Assembly (NCBI GenBank): GCA_964624635.1
Contig: CAZUXM010000001.1
Location: forward strand, 25,307-89,306
From: an uncultured Candidatus Competibacteraceae bacterium
GTDB lineage: Bacteria > Bacteroidota > Bacteroidia > CAIKAF01
Reading direction: 5' to 3'
Length of the DNA: 64,000 nt
The notes below the pieces were generated by a model. That model was not told the DNA's origin, ran no database searches, and worked only from the letters and a program-made list of their open reading frames with translations. The position numbers and the translations under genes were made by a program. Numbering within the stretch: the first letter of the stretch is position 1; each line of letters begins with the position of its first letter. Shown here piece after piece: positions 37,203 through 45,089 of this stretch.

Positions 37203-37368
37203 ATGGTTGAACTATTACGTAAAGTAAATCTTTTCGTTTCACATTCAAATAAACCTTGCTTTACTTTTTTGTAACACCTGAATCCATTCAGATGAATTGG
37301 CTGGGGTGTTCAACCATTCTATTTAACTTATTTAAATAAAAAAAATGTTACACCGCCACTTGAGTATT

Positions 37369-37383
37369 GATGATATTATCATC
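37369..37383. promoter_or_regulatory. 15-nt perfect palindrome gatgatattatcatc upstream of the 37425 gene
   Basis: Read directly. It lies 8 nt upstream of the candidate -7 box. Confidence 0.35.
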
Positions 37384-37390
37384 ACACAAT

Positions 37391-37398
37391 TATTTTTG
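37391..37398 (+). promoter_or_regulatory. -7 box TATTTTTG upstream of 37425 gene
   Basis: Exact TAnnTTTG, 26 nt upstream of the ATG. Confidence 0.4.
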
Positions 37399-37424
37399 CA
37401 CCAATTAAAAAAACTGCCTGCATC

Positions 37425-37880
37425 ATGCGTATATTATTTACCTTAATCATTAGTATTTTTTGTATTGGCCAAAGTGTGGCAACAGCACAAATGGGTTTAA
37501 ACAGTATTTCGGTTGCTACTACCTTGGAAGGGAATGTGGCCTGGAGTGCTAATTATGACGGACATAACCGAAAAGGATATCTTGACAAACAATCTGTATC
37601 AGAAGGCATTTGCAACAAACCTTTGGAGAAAGATGTTTTAATCCCGGTTCAATCAACCAGCTATTTTCATACTCCTTCGGATGTATTATTTTTTACAGGT
37701 ACAGGGTACGATCATTTTTCAGTTACCATTAAAGATGAATCAGGAAATGTAGTAGCTAATGATCAATATTTTGAAAGTACCTCAATGGATATTTCATTCT
37801 TATCAAGCGGAACTTATACTATTGAAATAGTAGCAGAAAAAACGCAAGAAGTAAAAACAAAAAAGTTTACTAAAGAATAA
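37425..37880 (+). CDS. hypothetical secreted protein (151 aa)
   Basis: Signal peptide MRILFTLIISIFCIGQSVATAQ. The C-terminal part looks like an Ig/T9SS-CTD-like beta sandwich (GTYTIEIV). Confidence 0.55.
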   Translation: MRILFTLIISIFCIGQSVATAQMGLNSISVATTLEGNVAWSANYDGHNRKGYLDKQSVSEGICNKPLEKDVLIPVQSTSYFHTPSDVLFFTGTGYDHFSVTIKDESGNVVANDQYFESTSMDISFLSSGTYTIEIVAEKTQEVKTKKFTKE

Positions 37881-37881
37881 C

Positions 37882-38271
37882 TTACTTTCTTTTTAATCCT
37901 TTAATAAAATTGGCTATCAAATCTGTATTTATTTTATAGTTTCTTTTACTTGCTCCTGCACTTACAATTATTCTATAATAACTAAGAGAGGTATTACTAT
38001 TTAAATCCTTAAATCCTTCCTCCATGCCATAAAACAAGGTTAGTTTATTCGGAGGTAACTTATAAATGGTGAGGGTATCATTTTTAGTAACATGAAACTC
38101 GTAATCTTCACCTGATTTTTTTATTTCGGTAGTATAAAATGTCGTAGGATCTGTCCATGCATCACCATGATGTTCAACACTAACAACTACAGGTTTGCCG
38201 GTAATAATGGCCTCCTGAATAGACGTACATGAAAAAAGGAAAATAAGGAATATGTAAAACCTTTTAATCAC
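37882..38271 (-). CDS. hypothetical lipoprotein (129 aa)
   Basis: Lipobox LFSC. Start overlaps the stop of the protease gene by 1 nt. Confidence 0.55.
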   Translation of the reverse strand: MIKRFYIFLIFLFSCTSIQEAIITGKPVVVSVEHHGDAWTDPTTFYTTEIKKSGEDYEFHVTKNDTLTIYKLPPNKLTLFYGMEEGFKDLNSNTSLSYYRIIVSAGASKRNYKINTDLIANFIKGLKRK

Positions 38272-40115
38272 TATCTCACCTTAATCAACGGAACATATTC
38301 TCGTAAAATAGTTACCTGATCAGATGCTGATTTCCCTTTTAATGAAGTAACCGTAGGATAATCGGGATACTCAGGAAGCAGATACAACAGATTTAAAATG
38401 TAATTGGCTTTTACTGCGAAAGCAACGTTATCGGCATAAAATAACTTTGAGTTAATCACTCCTATTACATTTCCATCATAATCAAAAAGTGGTCCACCAC
38501 TATTACCGGGCTGCACCGGTGCTGATACCTGATATGCTAAAATGTTTCCATCCATCCCTGTACGAGCATTAATACTTCCTTCGGTATATTTTAATTCATT
38601 CCCCAGGGTGCTTAAAGCAAACGGATACCCTAATGCATATACGTTGGTTCCCACATCAACCAATTTTGTTTGGATAGTGTATGGTATAGAACTGAAATTT
38701 TTAAAATCATCATCTTTAATTTTAATCACTGCCAAATCACTTTTTTCGTCTTTTAAAATCACTTCGCATTTATAGGACACTACATCTCCATTTTTAACCA
38801 AATCCACTTCCACTTCATTAGCCCCGTTTACTACATGATGATTGGTAACAATATAACCATCTGTTGAAACCACAAATCCACTTCCGGTACTTTTCCATGC
38901 TTTATTTTTCATGGTTTTAGCATCAATATCAGCCGAAACAAAGGGTGATTCAATATGATGTGTAATGATAAGGTCTTTTACCTTTATGCTTGTGTTTGGA
39001 GCCACTTTATATCCAATAAAGTTACCTGCACCTGCAAATGACGCTGTTTTATATATGGGCGTATACCCTACAAAACATTGTACTGTATCCTTATAACTCA
39101 TTATAAAAAAGTCAAAATATTGTTCTTTCCCAATATTGCCTGTTTTATTGCCATTATAATAGTCATACTCATTGCCCGAAGGATAGGCCGTACCTTTTGA
39201 TAATTCAGTATAGGTACCATTTGAATATTGACCCAACTCATAATTACCTGATTTATCAATAAGAAATGAATGGTAATTTTTATCGTCGCTATAGGCAAAG
39301 ACCATTCCACTTTTAGCAGAATTACCTCCTTTTACAAAAGCAAATTTTGAAGTGATGACCACCATTTTTTTATAATCAAGCGGTTTAAATACTTTTTTTA
39401 AACCTTCTTCTTTCGAGGTAGTGAGTATTAACCCTTGTTCTTTGTACGTGGTTTTTATTTTTTCGTCAATTACCGATTTTGCGATATCTTTCTCATCCGC
39501 ATCTACAATAAAATACCCATAGTCTGAACCGAAAGAGTTAAACAAATCAGCATACTCATCTTTTTTCTTTGGAGGAAAAAAATCATACTTCTCGGTGGCT
39601 CCACATTCTCCAAATTCATCACAGTTATAAGCATCCGGACCTACAATATCACCATTACTGTAATAAGCATACGATTGTAAAAGCCCTGACTCAAACCATG
39701 AAACATATAAACCATGTAATTTTCCTTCTTTGTATGCACTGGTATATGCATGAGATCCGTTTTCGTACCACCCTACTGTAGGTCCGGCTAGAATCCCATT
39801 TGAATAATATGAAGAGGTTTGTTTTTTCGCGTTTTTATAAAACCAGATACATTCTCCTTCATGTTTACTGTTATAACTATCATATTTATCTAAATAGCTA
39901 AATCTACCTTCCCATTGTATCTCCCCTGAAATAAAATAATCACGAACTACACCTACAGGAGTTCCTTTATCATCATAAGTAACCAAACGATAATAAGATG
40001 CAACGGCTGAATCACATTGTTTCCAATCAGCATTAAAAAATTCTTTGGATTGTTTTTGGGCCATGAGAACCGCACTGCAACCAAACATGGCTACTAAAAG
40101 AGTCTTTTTAAGCAT
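38271..40115 (-). CDS. secreted trypsin-like (S1C) serine protease with N-terminal MORN/YwqK-like repeats
   Basis: Signal peptide. Repeats of G....Y.NG type between aa ~60-165. C-terminal catalytic triad contexts TNHHV, DLAVIK and GNSGGPL. Confidence 0.85.
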   Translation of the reverse strand: MLKKTLLVAMFGCSAVLMAQKQSKEFFNADWKQCDSAVASYYRLVTYDDKGTPVGVVRDYFISGEIQWEGRFSYLDKYDSYNSKHEGECIWFYKNAKKQTSSYYSNGILAGPTVGWYENGSHAYTSAYKEGKLHGLYVSWFESGLLQSYAYYSNGDIVGPDAYNCDEFGECGATEKYDFFPPKKKDEYADLFNSFGSDYGYFIVDADEKDIAKSVIDEKIKTTYKEQGLILTTSKEEGLKKVFKPLDYKKMVVITSKFAFVKGGNSAKSGMVFAYSDDKNYHSFLIDKSGNYELGQYSNGTYTELSKGTAYPSGNEYDYYNGNKTGNIGKEQYFDFFIMSYKDTVQCFVGYTPIYKTASFAGAGNFIGYKVAPNTSIKVKDLIITHHIESPFVSADIDAKTMKNKAWKSTGSGFVVSTDGYIVTNHHVVNGANEVEVDLVKNGDVVSYKCEVILKDEKSDLAVIKIKDDDFKNFSSIPYTIQTKLVDVGTNVYALGYPFALSTLGNELKYTEGSINARTGMDGNILAYQVSAPVQPGNSGGPLFDYDGNVIGVINSKLFYADNVAFAVKANYILNLLYLLPEYPDYPTVTSLKGKSASDQVTILREYVPLIKVR

Positions 40116-40199
40116 AGAAATTAAATATGAACAATATTATACAAATAAATTGGATTAAAATAGCAAGAATGCAAGATATATACGAGCATTTTGGTTTTT

Positions 40200-40370
40200 T
40201 TGTTTATCGCAGATTTCGATTTATAACGTTTCACAAGTAGGCCTCAAAGAAAAACACGAGAATCCAATTGGAACATTGATATTGTACAGACGGGTCATGA
40301 CCCGTCTATACTAATTTGCGAATTGAAATTTCTATTCGAAATCGTATTCTGCAATATCTGCGGGAAACAA
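40200..40370. repeat. ~170-bp intergenic element with imperfect terminal inverted repeats and a central GC-rich 20-nt perfect palindrome (MITE-like or structured RNA)
   Basis: Left end ttgtttatcgcagatttcgattt versus the reverse complement of the right end, ttgtttcccgcagat[attgcagaa]tacgattt. Central agacgggtcatgacccgtct at 40288-40307. Confidence 0.5.
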
Positions 40371-40380
40371 AAATAACGAA

Positions 40381-42276
40381 TTAATTAAGGAAATTCCAAC
40401 TCACTCCAAACTGTACACTTCTATCCTGTAATGGATAATGTGGTGTAGTAAAATAAGGCACATCTGGCCAGCGTTGATTTACATTTCGAAGTCTTACAAA
40501 TATTTTTACTGTTTTAATCTTGGCGCTGATATGTAAATCAATAAACGGATAATTGCCTGTAGTGATTTGATTCTGCAAATAAAATAACGAGGTAGTTGGA
40601 TCATATGCATTGGCATTATAAGGGGTATTATAGGTTACATCCACTCCTGCATTGAGTAATAAGGCTTTTTTAAATAAGTTACCCTGAAAATAGATGGCCA
40701 GTCTACCTGCGAAATAAGGAACTCGTATTCTATCAGTGGTAGAGTACTGCCCTATTAATTGCGGTTCAAAAAATATTTTCCATGCCCTAAAACGTTTTCT
40801 AACCTCCAAGGTAAATACGTTAGCTACATCTGTAAACTGAACAGGAGTAATCGAAGTATCAAGATAGGTGTAATTATTTACCAGATATGAGTTAAACAAT
40901 AAATCAAGATTCCATTTTTTTATTTTATAGGATAATGAAATATTGAGCTCTCGTTGTTTATCCAAATCCACATTCCACATTCGATGATTACTATAAAAAT
41001 GTTGATATATCCATGCAGGCTCAAATTGGCGATATTTAGCCATTACCGTAAGTGATTGATCTACTTTAGCCGAGTCTTTTGAATTATAATGGAATTTAAA
41101 TTGTGCCCCGAAATCCCCCAAATTATATCCTGCAAAATAAAAATAACCGGAGGCTTCTAAAGAAATTTGAGGATTAATATCAAATGTAATTCCCCCGAAT
41201 GCATTTAAGTTATGGTAGTTGGAATGTAATGCCGTACTGTCTTTTTCTAACGTATCCCCCTGGTAAACTCCAATAAAATTGTTGAGATCAATAAATTCAT
41301 GTTTTACTCCTACTGTTAACGGACTCTGAGCCCCCATTCTTTTTTTCAAATACAACAACACCTTAAATTCATTCTGTAATTGATGATATTCTAATCCATG
41401 CCGTGTAAAAGTAGAGTCAAAATATACAGGACCATAATAGACAACATTAGGTTGCCCGTCTCTGTATCTATTGGTTCTGTAATCATATTCCAACGTATGC
41501 ATAAACGTAAGCAAGGCAGAAGCTACATGGGTGGTAGTATCAATATTTTTGCGATTAAAAGTATAACCATGCTGAACAAATAGTTTGTGATTAAACCAAC
41601 GTTGTTGAGCACTATCTAAATTAACAAGGTAAAAATTTCTACTGGCAGCAAATGCATCTTCAATAAAAATGGTATCGTTTTGTAAACCTCCATTTTCATT
41701 AATAAATAAATTGTTGTGAATATAAGACCATAATAACTTATATTTCCCATTCATCGTATTATACCTTCCCATAAAACGGAAATGATGACTCGTGGCACGT
41801 TGGTTAGCATAAAATCCCAACGAATTGGTATGATTATATTCAATCCCCAGTTGCAAGTTTTTTAATATGCGCTGGGTATGCATTACTTTTAAATGCTGCT
41901 CGCTACCCATTCCTAAAAAATACGACACATTGGTAACCGGACGTGCTGTTAAATGAAATTTGGTATTCCAACGATCAAACAAATACGGGTCAAAACTATG
42001 GTAGCCGGCATCAAAGCCTGTAGTTTGTATAGGTTTATATAACATAGGTTGTACAGCAGTATATAAATTTCCTAATGTAGGATTAACAGTATAAGCTTGT
42101 ACAGAAGGATCAAAAAAACGGAATTGAGTAATGCCTGTATCTTCGTATTGATAGGTGGTTAAGGCTTTATCGTTAAAATAATGAAGATCGAGATAATATA
42201 CCTTCATTGTATCTCTTAGTATACGCAACGAATCTTTTTTTAGCATTTGCGACCATAACGAGGTACTTGCCAACAC
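40381..42276 (-). CDS. outer-membrane beta-barrel (putative porin) protein
   Basis: 631 aa, alternating aromatic/polar beta-strand pattern ending ...GVSWNFLN. The ORF is open up to 42309 and encodes a signal peptide there (see findings), so the true start may lie upstream of the GTG at 42276. Confidence 0.7.
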   Translation of the reverse strand: MLASTSLWSQMLKKDSLRILRDTMKVYYLDLHYFNDKALTTYQYEDTGITQFRFFDPSVQAYTVNPTLGNLYTAVQPMLYKPIQTTGFDAGYHSFDPYLFDRWNTKFHLTARPVTNVSYFLGMGSEQHLKVMHTQRILKNLQLGIEYNHTNSLGFYANQRATSHHFRFMGRYNTMNGKYKLLWSYIHNNLFINENGGLQNDTIFIEDAFAASRNFYLVNLDSAQQRWFNHKLFVQHGYTFNRKNIDTTTHVASALLTFMHTLEYDYRTNRYRDGQPNVVYYGPVYFDSTFTRHGLEYHQLQNEFKVLLYLKKRMGAQSPLTVGVKHEFIDLNNFIGVYQGDTLEKDSTALHSNYHNLNAFGGITFDINPQISLEASGYFYFAGYNLGDFGAQFKFHYNSKDSAKVDQSLTVMAKYRQFEPAWIYQHFYSNHRMWNVDLDKQRELNISLSYKIKKWNLDLLFNSYLVNNYTYLDTSITPVQFTDVANVFTLEVRKRFRAWKIFFEPQLIGQYSTTDRIRVPYFAGRLAIYFQGNLFKKALLLNAGVDVTYNTPYNANAYDPTTSLFYLQNQITTGNYPFIDLHISAKIKTVKIFVRLRNVNQRWPDVPYFTTPHYPLQDRSVQFGVSWNFLN

Positions 42277-42375
42277 AAAAATCAGGGTATATAAAAACCT
42301 TTTGATGCCTCAATAAATTTCTCAAAAATAACAATACCTATCTACTTTTATTGTGGTTTGAGCCGAACTTAACTG

Positions 42376-42383
42376 TAAATTTG
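42376..42383 (+). promoter_or_regulatory. -7 box TAAATTTG upstream of the YhcH-RdgB fusion gene
   Basis: Exact TAnnTTTG, 22 nt upstream of the ATG at 42406. Confidence 0.45.
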
Positions 42384-42405
42384 CTCCCAATATCAAAAAA
42401 AACAC

Positions 42406-43452
42406 ATGATACTTGACCACTTAAACAATGCATATTTGTATTATGGAATGCATCCATTATTCAAAAAGGCATTTGAATACCTATCCTCAAATGACTTTCA
42501 TACCATCGAAAATGGCACCTATGAAATTGATGGAAAAGACCTGTTAGCCATCGTAAACAGCTATGATACCGAGCCTGCTGAAGTGAGGTTTTGGGAGGGT
42601 CACCGCAAATATATTGATATACAGCTAATCGTTTCAGGAATTGAAAATATGGGATATTCTCCCTTACATGAAGCCCACGTTTTGGAGCCTTATGTAGATG
42701 AAAAAGATTTTACCAAGTTTGATGCTAAGGGAGCACAGGTAACCGTTCCGGCCGATTATTTTACCATTTTTTATCCAACAGATGTTCACATGCCTAACCT
42801 TGTTCATGGTAAAGTATGTAATGTAAAAAAAGTGGTAATGAAGGTAAGACTCCCTGAACCATTGATACAACTTACATTTGCTTCGAACAATGCACATAAA
42901 TTGGAAGAAATTAGAAGGAAATTAGCGGGTAGCCCTATAGGAATATTGAGCCTGAATGAATCAGGTGTAAATCAAGAATTACCTGAAACGGGCGATACTC
43001 TAGAAGCCAATGCGTTTCAAAAAGCCAATACCGTTTACAGTAAATTTGGCTTAAATTGTTTTGCAGATGACACAGGATTAGAGGTGGATGCCCTTAATGG
43101 TGAGCCGGGAGTTTATTCAGCCCGCTATGCTGGTGATAAGGCTAGTTATGAGGAAAATGTATCTAAACTGTTGCAAGCCATGGAAGGAAAAACGGATAGA
43201 TCTGCCCGTTTTCGTACCGTCATTTCGTTGGTTTTAGATGCTACCGAATACCGATTTGAAGGAGTGATAGAAGGATATATCATTGAAAAACCACGTGGTA
43301 ACAAGGGTTTTGGATATGATCCTGTATTTGTTCCGGCAGGTTACGATCAAACTTTTGCCGAAATGGATCCTGATACGAAAAATAAAATCAGCCATAGAGG
43401 GCTGGCCGTTGAAAAATTGGTGAGGTTTTTGAAACAAGATGTATTAAATTAG
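42406..43452 (+). CDS. fusion protein: YhcH/YjgK/YiaL (DUF386) cupin domain + RdgB/HAM1 non-canonical purine NTP pyrophosphatase
   Basis: aa 1-150 match the YhcH family (GH.KY.D.Q...G.E, FYP.D.H.P). aa ~155-348 match RdgB (FASNN.HK..E, ADD.GL.V.AL.G.PG..SAR, RSARF, GFGYDP.F, SHR). There is no stop codon between the two. Confidence 0.85.
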   Translation: MILDHLNNAYLYYGMHPLFKKAFEYLSSNDFHTIENGTYEIDGKDLLAIVNSYDTEPAEVRFWEGHRKYIDIQLIVSGIENMGYSPLHEAHVLEPYVDEKDFTKFDAKGAQVTVPADYFTIFYPTDVHMPNLVHGKVCNVKKVVMKVRLPEPLIQLTFASNNAHKLEEIRRKLAGSPIGILSLNESGVNQELPETGDTLEANAFQKANTVYSKFGLNCFADDTGLEVDALNGEPGVYSARYAGDKASYEENVSKLLQAMEGKTDRSARFRTVISLVLDATEYRFEGVIEGYIIEKPRGNKGFGYDPVFVPAGYDQTFAEMDPDTKNKISHRGLAVEKLVRFLKQDVLN

Positions 43453-43456
43453 TTGA

Positions 43457-43942
43457 ATGAAGAAGATTGTTGTTTTTTTATTGATAGGATTGCCATTATC
43501 ATTAATGGCTCAGAATAAAGACGCCCAGGGATATCACGATCAGTTGATTGAAGAAACTCGTAAAGTAGCCGATGCTTTGAATAAATTCAACACTTCTTTA
43601 GAAACAGATAGTGCTTACTTGATGCATTCAGCTCGGGCTGGTTTAAAAAAACAATTGGACAGTTCTATAGCACGTTTGGTAATTATTGGTGGCTTTAATG
43701 AAGATGATGATTGGTGTTTGGCACTCAATCTTCAATTCAAGTTTTACCGTGAATGTGTAGATAAAGAATACATCAAATTCATTGATTATTCATTGCGATT
43801 ATCTGTATTGAACGAAGATGAAATTGCTGATTTCCGTCGAACCATTGAGAAGCTGAATACCAAAGAAGTAGATTTAGCCGGTATTGAAGACATGGCTTAT
43901 AAAGAGTTTGTAGACAAGTATAAGATTAAGGCGGCGCAGTAG
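43457..43942 (+). CDS. hypothetical secreted protein (161 aa)
   Basis: Signal peptide MKKIVVFLLIGLPLSLMAQ. Helical composition. 4 nt after the upstream stop. Confidence 0.55.
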   Translation: MKKIVVFLLIGLPLSLMAQNKDAQGYHDQLIEETRKVADALNKFNTSLETDSAYLMHSARAGLKKQLDSSIARLVIIGGFNEDDDWCLALNLQFKFYRECVDKEYIKFIDYSLRLSVLNEDEIADFRRTIEKLNTKEVDLAGIEDMAYKEFVDKYKIKAAQ

Positions 43943-43945
43943 AAT

Positions 43946-44959
43946 TTAGGCTTCTTTAGTCGTTTCTTTCAAAAACCAACTGGCGGTTTCTTTTACAGTT
44001 TCTTGTACGGGTTTAAAAGTAAAATTCAATTCCTTTTTTACTTTATCGTTTACATAGTCACACTGTAAAGTAGCATTTCGTAAAGTTTCTTTGGTAATTA
44101 ATGGAGATTTCCCAATGACTTTACTTCTCCACTTTTCAGCAAGCACAACCCAACGAGCAAGACCCAAATTCACTTCATTTTTTGCTTTCGGTCTATCTAT
44201 CGCTTCCGCAATTACATCAAAAACCCAGCGAAAAGGTTTGGTTTCGCTACTGAGAATGTACCTTTCGCCTGTTTTATTTTTTTGCATGAGTTGAATCATA
44301 CAAGTAGCCACATCTTTTACGTCTACCCAACCAGTATATCCATTGGTATAGTACTTCATTCCCTCCTGCACTTTGCTGAACATTTTACCGGTCCCTTCAT
44401 TCCATGGACAATATCCTAAAATAACCGCCGGATTCACAACAATTACATTTAATCCTTCTTCATACCCCCTCCAAACCTCCATTTCACTTTTATACTTACT
44501 CAATCCGTATTTACTGTTTACAGGATCATTTTTCCATATACGGCTTTCATCAATTACTTCTGCCTGCGTAGATCTTCCTAATGCAGCAATACTGCTCACG
44601 AACATAAATTTTTTGATGTTACAATATAAGGCAGCATTTACCAAATTAGCCGTAATGGTCACATTGTTTTTAATCATCCTATCATGATGATTGGGGTCAA
44701 AAGAAACTTCAGAAGCACAATGATAAATTTCTTCGATACCCTCTAAAGCATCTTCAATTTCATAAGAATCAAAAAGGTCTATATTTTTCCATTCAATTTT
44801 TTCGAATTGGGGTAAAACATTTTCCTTTTCAAAAACACGTTTTACGTAATTCAAATCGGAGGTTACTCGTTTGGCTGCAATAATTTTTGCATCCATAGCA
44901 CTTAGTTGCACCAATAAATGTGCTCCTAAAAATCCGCTTCCTCCGGTAACTAAAATCAT
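43946..44959 (-). CDS. NAD-dependent epimerase/dehydratase (extended SDR)
   Basis: ILVTGGSGFLG Rossmann motif and YGLSKYKSE (YxxxK) catalytic motif. 337 aa. Confidence 0.85.
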   Translation of the reverse strand: MILVTGGSGFLGAHLLVQLSAMDAKIIAAKRVTSDLNYVKRVFEKENVLPQFEKIEWKNIDLFDSYEIEDALEGIEEIYHCASEVSFDPNHHDRMIKNNVTITANLVNAALYCNIKKFMFVSSIAALGRSTQAEVIDESRIWKNDPVNSKYGLSKYKSEMEVWRGYEEGLNVIVVNPAVILGYCPWNEGTGKMFSKVQEGMKYYTNGYTGWVDVKDVATCMIQLMQKNKTGERYILSSETKPFRWVFDVIAEAIDRPKAKNEVNLGLARWVVLAEKWRSKVIGKSPLITKETLRNATLQCDYVNDKVKKELNFTFKPVQETVKETASWFLKETTKEA

Positions 44960-45008
44960 AACGTAAATGTAGAAAGATTTTTAATGGAACACGGATAACA
45001 CTGATTAT

Positions 45009-45069
45009 GCAGATAAACACGGGTCGAATTAGCGCAAATCCGCATCATCTGCGTCATCAGCGTTCTATT
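45009..45069. repeat. short GC-enriched intergenic element with gcagat/atctgc inverted repeat and 9-nt periodic tcatctgcg/tcatcagcg units
   Basis: Read directly between the epimerase and tyrS genes. A related 9-nt periodic tccgtgaaa/tccgtggga unit occurs at 32436-32453. Confidence 0.45.
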
Positions 45070-45077
45070 TTTTTATT

Positions 45078-45085
45078 TATTTTTG
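45078..45085 (+). promoter_or_regulatory. -7 box TATTTTTG, 4 nt upstream of the tyrS ATG
   Basis: Exact TAnnTTTG. Confidence 0.45.
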
Positions 45086-45089
45086 TCCT

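Noticed and set aside
37203-37424. Cobalamin riboswitch in front of the B12-dependent radical SAM operon.
   Set aside because: Only a weak GCCACTTG word is present, and on the wrong strand for the operon. The conserved GGGAA / GGTG..AATCC / B12-box elements are absent. The long-range 10-bp helix is reported separately.
37292-37443. Small plus-strand ORFs (15 aa MNWLGCSTILFNLFK and a ~33-aa ORF from 37345) as possible RiPP precursors for the radical SAM enzyme.
   Set aside because: They are on the opposite strand to the operon, have no leader/core features or conservation evidence, and the second overlaps the start of the 37425 gene out of frame.
45015-45045. tRNA-like T-arm sequence (cacgggtcgaatt...).
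   Set aside because: No acceptor stem, anticodon arm or GTTCGAATC-type T-loop can be built around it. It is part of the short intergenic repeat element.
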